DNA of 64,000 bases from an uncultured Coriobacteriales bacterium (GTDB lineage Bacteria > Actinomycetota > Coriobacteriia > Coriobacteriales > UMGS124). Position 1 is the stretch's first letter, and every line of letters starts with the position of its first letter. The stretch lies in the NCBI GenBank assembly GCA_934654475.1, contig CAKUFZ010000008.1:2361-66360 (forward strand), written 5' to 3'. The notes beneath the pieces are model-generated. The model saw only the letters and a list, made by a program, of their open reading frames with translations. It ran no database searches and was not told the DNA's origin. A program made the translations under genes and the position numbers. Shown here in pieces: positions 17,140-27,365 of this stretch.

Positions 17140-20103
17140 ATGCCGGGCTGCGACGAGGATGTCGCGGCGCGTTATGCCACCTTGGCACAAAGAGCTAGCA
17201 TAGCGCAGTTTGGTCTGCTTGACGAGGACGTCGTTGTGCTCGATACCGAGACAACGGGACTGGACTTCAAGGATTGCGAGCTCATCGAGGTCGCAGCCGC
17301 CCGTCTGCGCGGCAACGAGATCGTTGAGACGTTCGACATGTTCGTGCATCCTGCAAAGCCCATTCCGCCCGAGGTTGTGCAGATCACGGGCATCACCAAC
17401 GAGCAGGTGGCCGATGCCCCCTGTGCGATGGAGGTGTGCGGCAAGCTGGCAGAGTTTGCCAAGGGCGCTCCCATCGTGGCACACAACTCTGCTTTTGACC
17501 AGCACTTCATGGAGAAGGGTTTCGGCGGGCAAAGCGTGGGCGGGCCTTGGATCGACTCGCTGGAGCTGTCGCGCATCGTGCTCCCCTGCTTGAAGTCGCA
17601 CAAGCTGCACGACCTGTCGCGTGCCTTTGGCCTGCATGCCTCAACCCACCGTGCCATCGACGACGTCATTGCCACCTGCGGCCTGTGGCGCATCCTTCTT
17701 GTTGCCGCCAGCGACATGCCGGCCGGGCTTGTGAACCGCCTTGCGAAGATGTACCCGGATGTCGAATGGGGCTACCGTCCCATCTTCGCCCAGATGGCCG
17801 CCATGGCGCCTGACGAGCCGTTCTCGCTTGTGGACGCGCGCGTTCAGCGCTGCTCGCACATGCAGGTGAGCCTGCGCGAGGACGCCGACGACGTCGACGA
17901 GATGCGCGGGCTTGTGTACCCCAACGACGATGAGGTGCGCGGTGCCTTCGCCACCGACGGCGTGGTGGGAAAGATGTATGCCGGCTATGAGCCCCGCTCC
18001 GAGCAGGTGCAGATGTCGCTCGAGGTGGCCCGCGCCTTTCGCGAGAACCGTCCCGCCGCGCTCGAGGCGGGCACCGGTGTGGGCAAGTCCATCGCCTACC
18101 TGCTGCCCTCGGCCTTCTTGGCTCAGGCAAACGGCATCACGGTGGGCGTCGCCACGAAGTCGAACACCCTTGCCGACCAGCTTATCAACAGGGAGCTCCC
18201 CCTGTTGAACGAGGCCTTGGGCACGAATCTCACCTACACGGCGCTCAAGGGTTATGACAACTACCCGTGCCTGCGCAAGATTGCGCAGCTCATGCGTCGC
18301 GGCATGGCAAGCATGCCGGCGGCCGGCTCCCTCGACGAGGCACAGCAGCTTCAGGAGCAGGAGGGCTCCACGCGCAGGATGCCCGAGCCCAGCGCCGAGC
18401 TGCTCGACGCCATCGCGGCCACCCTGGGGTTTGCCACGCAGTCTGCCGTGGGCGATGTGACCTCGCTGGGTGTGCGCTGGGGCAAGATCCAGCGCAGCGA
18501 CCTCACGAGCACCTCGTCGGAGTGTCAGAAGCGCCGCTGCCCCTTCTTTCCCAACAAGTGCTTCTTGCACCTGGCACGCAAGCGCGCCCAGGCGAGCGAC
18601 ATCGTCGTGACCAACCACTCGCTGCTGTTCAGGCAGGTAGGAAGCGATATCGAGGTGCTGCCGCCTGCGAGGTTCTGGGTGGTCGACGAGGCGCATTCGG
18701 CTGAGGGCGAGGCGCGCAGGCAGTGGGCCCAGCGCGTGAACTCGCGCGAGGTCCAGGCGTCGTTCGACCTCATGGGAGGCTCGTCGAGCGGTGCTCTGGG
18801 CACGCTTGCCCGCGCTGTTCGCACGCGTGCCGCCTCGACGCTGTTCATGGGGCTTGTGAGCAAGACGGCCAGCGAGATGGCTCGCGCAAGCATCGCGGCA
18901 GGCCTCTTCTTCGATGACCTCAAGACATTCTGCAAGAAGGTCTCCCCCAAGAAGGCCTACGACACGCAAAACGTCTGGGTCGACGCCGAGATGCGCGCCA
19001 ACGAGCACTGGCTGGCTGTGGCCGAGTCAGGCCAGGCGTTTTCCGACGCCCTGGGTCACGCCCTCGAGTTTGCCGGCGGCATACAGCAGGCGATGTCGGA
19101 CGAGAGCAACCCCGACGCCGACCTACAGGACCGCCTGAACGAGCTCATGGAGGCAGCGGCCGACCTTGACCGCGTCCACAAGGCACTGAAGCTCATACTT
19201 GACGGGTCTGACGAGCGGTACGTGTATTCCGCCTCGTTCACCCAGCGCTCGGGCTTTGAAGCCTACGAGCTCGTGGCGGAGTCGATGGACGTGGGCGCCC
19301 AGCTTGCCTCGGCGTGGTATCCCACCATCAAGAGCGCGGTGTACTCGAGCGCCACGGTGGCGGTGGGCGACAAGTTTGACCACTTCGCCCACGAGGTGGG
19401 CCTTGACCGCGTGCGTGGGGGATACGCGAGCCTCAAGCTCGCGTCGAGCTACGACTTCGAGCACAACATGGGCATTGTGGTGGCACGCGACCTGCCCGAC
19501 CCCACCAAGCAGAAGGAGGCGTTCCTCGCCGAGCTCCCCCAGCTGCTCGTGGACATCCACCTTGCCATGGGCGGAAGCGTGCTCACGCTCTTCACGAGCC
19601 GCGCCGAGATGGACAGGATGTACGAGATCGTGGCTCCCCAGCTGGCCCAGCATGGCCTTGAACTGGCCTGTCAGTCGCGCAAGAGCAATGTGCGCCGCAT
19701 CTCGGAGCATTTCATCGCCGAGAAGACCTCGTCGCTCTTTGCGCTCAAGTCGTTCTGGGAGGGATTCGACGCCCAGGGCGACACGCTGCGCTGCGTCGTG
19801 ATCCCGCGCCTGCCGTTCACGCCTCCCACTGAGCCCATCTCGCTTGAGCGCAAGCTGCGCGAGGGCAAGGACGCATGGCGCAACCACGACCTGCCCGAGA
19901 GCGTGCTCACGTTCAAGCAGGCAGCCGGCAGGCTCATCCGTTCGGCCTCCGACAAGGGCGTGCTCGTGCTCGCTGACCCGCGCCTTACGGGAATGTGGTA
20001 TGGCAGGGTGTTCATGGCGTCGTTGCCCAAAAAGGAAGTTGAGACGCTCGCGGCTGGCGAAGTGGGCGATTACCTGCGCTCATGGCGCGCCACGCACGAA
20101 TAG
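17140..20103 (+). CDS. dinG: DinG-family ATP-dependent helicase fused to an N-terminal DnaQ-like 3'-5' exonuclease
   Basis: Exonuclease motifs VVLDTETTGLD and AHNSAFDQHF. Helicase Walker A EAGTGVGKS and DEAH box VVDEAHS. The start is uncertain: 17017 would overlap the divergent gene, so 17140 is preferred. Confidence 0.8.
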   Translation: MPGCDEDVAARYATLAQRASIAQFGLLDEDVVVLDTETTGLDFKDCELIEVAAARLRGNEIVETFDMFVHPAKPIPPEVVQITGITNEQVADAPCAMEVCGKLAEFAKGAPIVAHNSAFDQHFMEKGFGGQSVGGPWIDSLELSRIVLPCLKSHKLHDLSRAFGLHASTHRAIDDVIATCGLWRILLVAASDMPAGLVNRLAKMYPDVEWGYRPIFAQMAAMAPDEPFSLVDARVQRCSHMQVSLREDADDVDEMRGLVYPNDDEVRGAFATDGVVGKMYAGYEPRSEQVQMSLEVARAFRENRPAALEAGTGVGKSIAYLLPSAFLAQANGITVGVATKSNTLADQLINRELPLLNEALGTNLTYTALKGYDNYPCLRKIAQLMRRGMASMPAAGSLDEAQQLQEQEGSTRRMPEPSAELLDAIAATLGFATQSAVGDVTSLGVRWGKIQRSDLTSTSSECQKRRCPFFPNKCFLHLARKRAQASDIVVTNHSLLFRQVGSDIEVLPPARFWVVDEAHSAEGEARRQWAQRVNSREVQASFDLMGGSSSGALGTLARAVRTRAASTLFMGLVSKTASEMARASIAAGLFFDDLKTFCKKVSPKKAYDTQNVWVDAEMRANEHWLAVAESGQAFSDALGHALEFAGGIQQAMSDESNPDADLQDRLNELMEAAADLDRVHKALKLILDGSDERYVYSASFTQRSGFEAYELVAESMDVGAQLASAWYPTIKSAVYSSATVAVGDKFDHFAHEVGLDRVRGGYASLKLASSYDFEHNMGIVVARDLPDPTKQKEAFLAELPQLLVDIHLAMGGSVLTLFTSRAEMDRMYEIVAPQLAQHGLELACQSRKSNVRRISEHFIAEKTSSLFALKSFWEGFDAQGDTLRCVVIPRLPFTPPTEPISLERKLREGKDAWRNHDLPESVLTFKQAAGRLIRSASDKGVLVLADPRLTGMWYGRVFMASLPKKEVETLAAGEVGDYLRSWRATHE

Positions 20104-20283
20104 GCGGCGGTGCTGTCAAGCCTGTTTTGAGCAAAGGCCGCTCGCTGGTGAAAAACTGCCCCTTGCACTTTCTGAGGGGCCGCATTATAGTTAATTGTGC
20201 GTTTTTCATCAGGGGGATGTCGACGCTTTGTGTGTTTTGGGGGAACAGGGCGAGTCGCTCAACGAGCGGCCCGCCCTGTTTTT

Positions 20284-21282
20284 TTATCCAAGCTTCTTGA
20301 GAAGGGCCTCAGCCAGCTCGCGCACTTCCTTGCGCAGCTCGGCGGGAGAGATGACTTCCACGGCTCCCAGGCTCGAGACCACTGCCTGGGCCAACCATAC
20401 AGATCCTGCCAACCAAGGAATCTGAGCGATGTACCCTCCGCAGGCGAGTTCCTGCTCAGTGAGGTGCGCCGCTTCGCCGACGCTGGGCAGCGTGCACGCC
20501 TCCAGGCCGGGCCAGGCCTTCATATCGATTGCCTTGGGGTCATGAATCGCAAGCACGGCAAGCTGCGCCTGGCTCGTGTCGAGACTCTCGCGGGCCTCTT
20601 CCCCACGCGTCTCGAAGGTTTCTCCTGTTGCGGTGGGTGCTGCCTGCAGGCGATCGAGGCGAAACGTCCTCATGCCGTTGCGCGTGCGGCACCAGGCGCT
20701 GAATGACCACGCGCTCACCGACGTGTCGTACCACACCGAGCAGGGCTCGACCTGTCGGCAGGAGCGCTCCCCTTTTGCGTCGCAGTAGTCGATGGTGAGG
20801 ACCAAATGGCTGGCGATGGCGTCGGCGATTGTCTCGAGGGCGCCCGAGGGCCCGCACTCGCCTCCGGCCACGGTGTGGAATCGGTCGAGGTCAAAGTGGG
20901 GGAGCGCCCCGCGCACAAGGCGCGCGAGGTGGCCGTCGCTGTCCATGCCGCTCGAACGCAGGGCCACAAGCAGCGAGAAGGCTTCGGATCGGCTCAGGCG
21001 CATGAGGCCGTCGAAGGCAAAAGCCAGACGTTGCGGCACGACGTTTCCGTCATCGTCGACCTCAATCCACGCGGCAGGCAACGCGTCGCCGCAGCCGTAG
21101 TTGATCTTGTCGATGATGCGCCTGCAGTCTTTCTCGTCAAGCCCGCAAAGTTCGCAGAAACGGTCCAGACTGACAGGTTCTCCCTGCTCAAGTGGGTCAT
21201 GGGGAGCCAAGGCGTTCACCGTTTGGAGAACGCGGATCATCTTTTCGAGCGTCGTGCTTTTAGACTCGCGACCCCTAGCCAT
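20284..21282 (-). CDS. WYL-domain transcriptional regulator (PafC-like)
   Basis: 332 aa from the ATG at 21282. WYL-type core LTIDYCDAKGERSCRQVEPCSVWYDTSVSAWSFSAWCRTRNGMRTFRLDRL. The start overlaps the upstream stop (ATGGCTAG). Confidence 0.7.
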   Translation of the reverse strand: MARGRESKSTTLEKMIRVLQTVNALAPHDPLEQGEPVSLDRFCELCGLDEKDCRRIIDKINYGCGDALPAAWIEVDDDGNVVPQRLAFAFDGLMRLSRSEAFSLLVALRSSGMDSDGHLARLVRGALPHFDLDRFHTVAGGECGPSGALETIADAIASHLVLTIDYCDAKGERSCRQVEPCSVWYDTSVSAWSFSAWCRTRNGMRTFRLDRLQAAPTATGETFETRGEEARESLDTSQAQLAVLAIHDPKAIDMKAWPGLEACTLPSVGEAAHLTEQELACGGYIAQIPWLAGSVWLAQAVVSSLGAVEVISPAELRKEVRELAEALLKKLG

Positions 21283-22255
21283 GCTGGGCCACCACCCTTT
21301 CAAGACCGCCTCTGACCTTGTCCGTGAGTTCATGGGGTTCGCAAGGCTGCATGCCGGCGCGCAAGAGGGCATGCGCGGCCCAGCGTGCCGCGTCGTCGAT
21401 GTCGCGACCCTCGATCGTCCAGGTCTCGTCATCTGCCCACGTGCCGTGATTTCTCGTCAGCGCCTGGGCGCAGGCCCTGTCGGGCGCGTGCAACGTCATC
21501 TGAAAGTCCTGCGTGCCGTACTCAAATGCGAAGCCGTGGTAGTCCTCGACGCTGAAGTCGCCGGGTACCTCGAAGGTTCGCTTGCCCAGTTTGACGCTTG
21601 CCGCCTCGATGCGGTCGTCGCGAAAGACGCGCATGCCGTTCTTTGTGCGGTCCCATGCCACGAAGAACGTGTGCTCGTCATGGCGAAACACGCCGTAGAT
21701 GTCGACGTCGCGCTCGCAGGCCTGGCCTTGCGCGTCGCGATAGAGGAAACCCACGCCCCTGCGCTCGGCATAGGCGCTCAGCAGGTCCTCCCAGCCAGAT
21801 GCCTGCGCGTCGCCCTTGGTCCCCAGCAGGGTGTGCGCCTTCCCGCTGCCCAGGACCAGCTTGTCATGGGCGCGGCGGAGCCTGTCGAGGTAGGCTTCGG
21901 CGCCGGGATGGGAGGAGGCCTGCTGCGAGGAGATGTAGGCCTCGAGCAGCATGGAGATTTCCATCACGGGTTGGGTGAGGTCGGAGTTGCCCTGCATGTA
22001 GGTGGCCTCTTTGTCCACTCGCCAGACACTGCCCGCCGCCGTGGGAACTTCTTGCAGGTAGATGCCGTTGTCTTTGAGGTCTTCCCGCATGCGGCGAAAC
22101 GTGCGCTCATAGGAGTCCGCCTGCAAGCCGGGCTGTCCGAGGAAGCCGCGCTCGGCCATCTGCTCGACGCTCATGGGTTCGCTGAGCGCCCAAAAGAGCA
22201 GCAGGAGCCTCTCGTCAGCCTTGACTTGAGACGCTATGGTCTCGATCTGCTCCAT
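21275..22255 (-). CDS. WYL-domain transcriptional regulator (PafB-like)
   Basis: 326 aa from the ATG at 22255. Core FLYRDAQGQACERDVDIYGVFRHDEHTFFVAWDRTKNGMRVFRDDRI. The N-terminus LLLLFWALSEPMSVEQMAE is HTH-like. Confidence 0.7.
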   Translation of the reverse strand: MEQIETIASQVKADERLLLLFWALSEPMSVEQMAERGFLGQPGLQADSYERTFRRMREDLKDNGIYLQEVPTAAGSVWRVDKEATYMQGNSDLTQPVMEISMLLEAYISSQQASSHPGAEAYLDRLRRAHDKLVLGSGKAHTLLGTKGDAQASGWEDLLSAYAERRGVGFLYRDAQGQACERDVDIYGVFRHDEHTFFVAWDRTKNGMRVFRDDRIEAASVKLGKRTFEVPGDFSVEDYHGFAFEYGTQDFQMTLHAPDRACAQALTRNHGTWADDETWTIEGRDIDDAARWAAHALLRAGMQPCEPHELTDKVRGGLERVVAQHG

Positions 22256-22409
22256 GGGGTGTCCTTTCGACGACGTGCGGCGGCATGCGATATCAGCAAA
22301 GTATGCGACGAATTGGGGAAGTCGGGCCAAACAGGGGCGCTTCGTGAGATGATTATAGAATCTGTATGTGAGTCACCTTTTAGGCTCACGAGAAACGAAG
22401 GAGTTACAT

Positions 22410-23963
22410 ATGTGCGCAGCCCCTACAGGTAGCCACTTCTCAGCGCAGGGCCGTTCTGGAAATGCCTCCAAGCGCCCCGGTGAGTCTCAATATACCGCGC
22501 CGTCCACACCCGTGCAGTCCAGTGCCGAAGACACGTTCACGGGCATGGCGGCAGTGTCGGGCTTTGCCGGATACGAGCCTAACGGCAGCAATTCCATGCC
22601 GATGAGGCCCGTCTATCCTGCACCCACCAGCGCCGGTGAGACCGAGGAGTTCCTCGCCATCGCTTCGCAGGGCAATCCCCAGCAGCCCCAGCTCACCCCC
22701 ACCGACAACCCGGTGAGCGCCCCTGCCAACCCGCTTGTGGCTGCCAAGATGGCCAACAGCGCCCAGACGAGCAGCGATGCCGGCCTCTTCCCCATCCAGG
22801 AAGTCGACAAGAAGAACCCCGGCAAGAACTTCGACACGACGTTCAGCGAGCCCCGTTCCAGGAAGGGAGGCGTCGTTGTTGCCATTGTCATCATCTTGAT
22901 TGTGGCGCTCATCGCAGGTGCCTATCTCTACATCACCAATCAGGAAGCTGCCAAGGCCAAGGAGAAGCTCGACTCGGCAATCGAGACGCTTGTCTCCACC
23001 GACTCCGTCATGTCGGGCGTCGACGCCGCCGTTGCCCAGACCATCTCCGACGGCATGGCTTCCGACTCCCTGTCGCTTGCCCTCGAACAGACCACCACGA
23101 CGCAGAACAGCCTGTCGAGTGCCGAGACGCAGGCGAACGACGCCCTTGCCTCGAGGCTGACCTCCGAGCAGTCCGACGCCGCCAACGCCGTGCTTTCGAG
23201 CATTTCCGCGCGCCGCTCCATGCTTGAGGCCGCCCGCCAGATTCAGAACGCCTCGAGCACCACGGCAGCCGCCGCCGACACCCTCGATCAGGTGTATGCC
23301 CTCATGGACAGCGCCGTGAGCAAGTATTCCTACGCCAGCCAGCTGTGGGACGCCTACCTCAACGGCGACGAGGGCATCAACACCCAGGAGATCGTCGACA
23401 ACGAGACGGGCGCCTACAACGACACACAGCAGGCCCTGCAGATCGTGGCCCAGGCCAAGGAGGCGGGCACGGGCGTTGATTACACGGTGATGGAGACGTA
23501 CCTGTACTGCTACGCCGACCTGGTGAACGCTCGCCTGACGCACAACGGCCTTGCCATCGCCGGCGACGAGGAAGGCGCCGAGGCCCAGATGGATTGGTTC
23601 AACGCAGCCTCCGCAAACCTTGAGGCAGCCAGCGCTACCATGCCTTGGAACACGACCGACTACCTCGCCGCCTATGGTCCCAAGGACACTTCGCTGGACG
23701 CCTTCGAGTCCAACTACGCCTATGCCCGCGACAAGCTCCTCACGGCCGACGCTGCGGTTGCGGCATACGCCGGAACCACGCCTGCGGTGACGGGCTCCCT
23801 GCCCGAGGCCCCGGCGGCACCGAGCGAACCCGCTGCTGCCGACCAGGAGGCTGCCGCCCAGCCCGAGTCGACCGAGCAGCCGCAGGGCGAGGAGGCCCCC
23901 GCCGAGGGCGAGGCTCCCGCTGAGGGCGAGGCTCCCGCTGAGGGCGAAGAGCAGACCGCCTAA
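22410..23963 (+). CDS. Single-pass membrane protein with an Ala/Gln-rich ectodomain and a C-terminal EGEAPA repeat
   Basis: AAGGAG SD 7 nt upstream of the ATG. TM segment VVVAIVIILIVALIAGAYLYI. An 18-bp repeat GAGGGCGAGGCTCCCGCT occurs about 3.5 times at 23883-23951. Confidence 0.6.
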   Translation: MCAAPTGSHFSAQGRSGNASKRPGESQYTAPSTPVQSSAEDTFTGMAAVSGFAGYEPNGSNSMPMRPVYPAPTSAGETEEFLAIASQGNPQQPQLTPTDNPVSAPANPLVAAKMANSAQTSSDAGLFPIQEVDKKNPGKNFDTTFSEPRSRKGGVVVAIVIILIVALIAGAYLYITNQEAAKAKEKLDSAIETLVSTDSVMSGVDAAVAQTISDGMASDSLSLALEQTTTTQNSLSSAETQANDALASRLTSEQSDAANAVLSSISARRSMLEAARQIQNASSTTAAAADTLDQVYALMDSAVSKYSYASQLWDAYLNGDEGINTQEIVDNETGAYNDTQQALQIVAQAKEAGTGVDYTVMETYLYCYADLVNARLTHNGLAIAGDEEGAEAQMDWFNAASANLEAASATMPWNTTDYLAAYGPKDTSLDAFESNYAYARDKLLTADAAVAAYAGTTPAVTGSLPEAPAAPSEPAAADQEAAAQPESTEQPQGEEAPAEGEAPAEGEAPAEGEEQTA

Positions 23964-24070
23964 GAGCCGGAGCCGTCCGCTCCCCTTGTCTTTTCGTCTC
24001 GCCCCTTGAGTTCGGGCGGGACATGCCAGTGAAACGTCACCACGAACGACATGCTTGGAGGAACCCCCGT

Positions 24071-26554
24071 ATGGCCGACGCCAAGGAAACCATGCGCTAC
24101 CTCACGAAGGAATATGAGATCGCCCCTGCAGGAACGCGTGAGGAGAGCGACGCGGCCACGATCGTGGCGCGCGTCTTCCATCAGCATGGCCTTGAGACCA
24201 TGCAGAAGAGCTTCAACTACACCTGGCACGGCAACCTCGGTCTCGCTGCGCTGATGTGCCTGACCGCCGTGCTCTCGATTGTGGGCGTGTTGCTCAGCGG
24301 CGTGGTCTCCACCGTCATGTTCGTGCTCGTGGCGATCATCGGTGTGCTGTATCTGCTTGACCGCCGTTTCGGCATCAAGACGTACAGCCGCCTGGGCCTT
24401 TCCGGTTCGAGCCAGAACGTGGTGGCGCGCCATCCTGCCGCCGCTCCCTCCCCCACCGGCCAGAAGGCCCGTCCCGTGGTGGTCATCGCCCACTACGACA
24501 CGCCCCGTTCCGACCTTTTGAGCAAGCCGGCCATCGCATGGGTGAAGCCGTACCTGCCCCGCGCGATCGACGTGTGCGTCGTCGTCGAGGTCCTCGCCCT
24601 GTTCATGCAGGTGCTGCCTGTTCCCGCGGGCTTCAAGTCGTTCTTTGCCGCACTTGGCGTCATCGCCGGAGCCGTCCTTGTGGTGTGGGGCGTGTGCACC
24701 CTGCTGCATCTCTTCGTGCTGTCGTACACCCTCGGTGCCAACGACAACAAGTCGGGCGTCGCTGCCGTGCTCGGCGTGCTTGAGCGCATTCGTCCCATTT
24801 CCGACGGCATGCCCTTTGGTCCCGACGACGAGGTGAGGCAGGAGCAGGGCGCAGACGAGCTTGGCGTGAGCGATGCCAAGCCCCGTTCGTATCCCGAGCG
24901 CCTTCCCCTTCGCCGCGAGGAGACCGGCGAGTCTCAGGACCTCGCTTCCGACCGCGAGGCAATGCGTCCCCGCGCCGCTATGGAGCCCCGCGTCGACGAG
25001 CCCGAGTCCAACAAGCCCGTGCGTCATGGCCTTGCGGCCGTACGCGCCCTCGGCATCCTCCCCGACACGTGCCAGATTGAGTACGTGCCCGTCGAGCAGG
25101 GCGCCGTTCATCGTGCAAGCCAGCATGACGTCTGCGCCGAGCAGGCGGCTGCCGCCAGCACCATGCTCATCTCCCCTGCCCCCGTCGCCGAGTCTGCCCA
25201 GCAGGCAAGCCTCGACCTTGGCGATCAGGTCACGAACGTCGCGGCCGCCCCGGTCGACCCCGAGGCCGCCAAGGACGCAGAGGCCGACGCCATGTTCGCT
25301 TCGATCGTGCGCGAGAACCGCCTCTCGGGCGACCTCAACCCCGAGCCTGCCGCGACGTCTCTGCTGGCGCCCGTGAACGCAGGCACCGCGACGGTGACCT
25401 CCACCGACGAGCCTGACGCCGAGATCCGCGGTGCCGCGCAGGCCCCGCGTGACGTTGCCATGCATTCGGCAAGCGTTTCCCAGCAGTTCATCATGGACGA
25501 GCCCGACTCGTTTGCGGCCTCCGCCATCCAGGACCCCACGTGGGGAACCTCCTCGTTCAAGCCTGTCACTTCCGCTTCCATGACCTCTCCCCGCTTCCTT
25601 GCCGATCTCCCCGATCCGGCTGTGGCGGCTGTGGATCCCTTCGGCGTTTCGAACATCCAGACCGTGGGCAACTACAACCCCGACGACTTCTCGAGCATGG
25701 ACTTCGAGACGGGCACGCATCAGTCCGTGACCCCCACCATGCTCGAGCAGGCTCGCCGCCAGGACCTCGCCGGCTTCTCCACCGACCTTGGCGACATGAC
25801 CAAGCGCGGCCGCAAGGCGAAGAAGAACCGCCAGAAGGGCCGCATCTCCACTCGCGCCGCCGATATGCAGCAGCAGATGCAGGAGCAGTCCTTCAACGAT
25901 TGGCTTGGCCTCGATGAGGGCTTCGACGCCAAGAAGAACGGCGAGCAGATTGGTTCGTGGGACAACTTCTCCGACAGCGACGGCTCCGCTCAGGGGGGCA
26001 ACCCCCGCTGGCAGGGCGGCGCCGCTCCGCGTCGCACGCGCCATATGAGCGTTGAGGGCGAGCAGGCAGCCCGCGCCCGTCGTGCAGCCATGCGCCTGGG
26101 CGACCGCGACCTTACCTCGCATGAGGTGTGGTTCGTGCTCACGGGCGCCGGCGAGGCCGGCAACGCCGGTATCCGCGACTTCATCGCGAGCTACCGCAGC
26201 GAGCTGCGCGGTGCCTACTTCATCAACCTTGAGTGCCTGGGCGCGGGTCGCCAGTCTCTCGTGGTCGAGGAGGCCGCCGACAGCTCTCGCGTGAAGGCCG
26301 ACCGTCGTCTGGTCAACATCTTTGGCCAGGCGAGCCAGGACATCAACCGCCCCGTCGCCCTGGAGCGCATGCCGTGGCGTGCAAGCGATGCCAGCATCGC
26401 GCTTGAGCAGGGCTGCCGTGCCGTCACGCTGTGCGGCGTGCAGGACGGTGTGCCTGCCAACGCCCACTGGACCGGCGACTCGCCTGAGAAGCTCGACATC
26501 AACGCCATCGAGGACGCCGTGGACATGGTGGTCGAGGTCATCAAGAACGCGTAA
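24071..26554 (+). CDS. M28 metallopeptidase-like membrane protein with a very large low-complexity insertion
   Basis: M28-like motifs VVVIAHYDTP, GANDNKSGVAAVLG, LTGAGEAGNAGIRDF, YFINLECLG and RASDASIAL. Several TM helices. About 450 aa of acidic or disordered sequence lies between the motif halves. Confidence 0.55.
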   Translation: MADAKETMRYLTKEYEIAPAGTREESDAATIVARVFHQHGLETMQKSFNYTWHGNLGLAALMCLTAVLSIVGVLLSGVVSTVMFVLVAIIGVLYLLDRRFGIKTYSRLGLSGSSQNVVARHPAAAPSPTGQKARPVVVIAHYDTPRSDLLSKPAIAWVKPYLPRAIDVCVVVEVLALFMQVLPVPAGFKSFFAALGVIAGAVLVVWGVCTLLHLFVLSYTLGANDNKSGVAAVLGVLERIRPISDGMPFGPDDEVRQEQGADELGVSDAKPRSYPERLPLRREETGESQDLASDREAMRPRAAMEPRVDEPESNKPVRHGLAAVRALGILPDTCQIEYVPVEQGAVHRASQHDVCAEQAAAASTMLISPAPVAESAQQASLDLGDQVTNVAAAPVDPEAAKDAEADAMFASIVRENRLSGDLNPEPAATSLLAPVNAGTATVTSTDEPDAEIRGAAQAPRDVAMHSASVSQQFIMDEPDSFAASAIQDPTWGTSSFKPVTSASMTSPRFLADLPDPAVAAVDPFGVSNIQTVGNYNPDDFSSMDFETGTHQSVTPTMLEQARRQDLAGFSTDLGDMTKRGRKAKKNRQKGRISTRAADMQQQMQEQSFNDWLGLDEGFDAKKNGEQIGSWDNFSDSDGSAQGGNPRWQGGAAPRRTRHMSVEGEQAARARRAAMRLGDRDLTSHEVWFVLTGAGEAGNAGIRDFIASYRSELRGAYFINLECLGAGRQSLVVEEAADSSRVKADRRLVNIFGQASQDINRPVALERMPWRASDASIALEQGCRAVTLCGVQDGVPANAHWTGDSPEKLDINAIEDAVDMVVEVIKNA

Positions 26555-26663
26555 AGCCCTATGGCTTGCACGCATGCACGAATGAAGTAACAACGCGAGT
26601 GGCCGTCTTGCGGGCCCTAAGGGGTGAGCCGCAGGGCGGCCACGTGCGTATAGGAGGAATGAC

Positions 26664-27362
26664 GTGAAGATCATCGTCGTAGGGTGCGGTCGCGTTGGCA
26701 AGCAGCTGGCCGAGGTGCTCGACACCCCCGAGAACCAAGTGACCGTCATCGATGTCGACGCCACGGCACTCGCGCGTCTGTCGAGCGAGTTTCAGGGCGC
26801 GCGCGTGGTGGGACACGGCTATGACGAGAGCGTGCTGGAGCAGGCTGGCATCAGGGACTGCGACGCGTTTGCCGCCGTCACGAGCATGGACAACGTGAAC
26901 CTCATGGCAAGCGAGGTCGCCCGCCGACTCTACTCTGTGCCCCACGTGCTCACGCGCCTTATCAATCCCGAGCATATCAAGCTGTATCAGCAGCTGGGCT
27001 TGGACTACCTATGCGACACCGAGCTTGTGGCTGAGAACATGGTCACGAAGGTGCGTGCACGCAGGGCCCACCACCTGGATACCTACGGCGAGTACGAGGT
27101 CCTCTCGTTTACCCTGCATGTGCCGGGCGTCATTCACGTGCGCGACCTCGAGGCATTGGGCGAGGTGCATGTGGCGCTTTTCGAGCACGACGGCGAGCAG
27201 TTCCTGGCAGCGCATAACATGTTCTTGCACGACGGCGACACGGTGGTGGCCGTGGCGCACGAAAGCGCCCTGCCTGAGCTGGCCGAGTACATGAAGGGCG
27301 AAGCCGAGCAGGCAAAGCCCTCGGCAGCGTCTGTCCTCGTGGGCCTTGTGGGAAGGAAGTAG
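26664..27362 (+). CDS. trkA: TrkA/KtrA-family K+ transport NAD-binding subunit
   Basis: Rossmann motif MKIIVVGCGRVGKQLAEVL. GTG start after AGGAGG. Confidence 0.8.
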   Translation: MKIIVVGCGRVGKQLAEVLDTPENQVTVIDVDATALARLSSEFQGARVVGHGYDESVLEQAGIRDCDAFAAVTSMDNVNLMASEVARRLYSVPHVLTRLINPEHIKLYQQLGLDYLCDTELVAENMVTKVRARRAHHLDTYGEYEVLSFTLHVPGVIHVRDLEALGEVHVALFEHDGEQFLAAHNMFLHDGDTVVAVAHESALPELAEYMKGEAEQAKPSAASVLVGLVGRK

Positions 27363-27365
27363 CGC

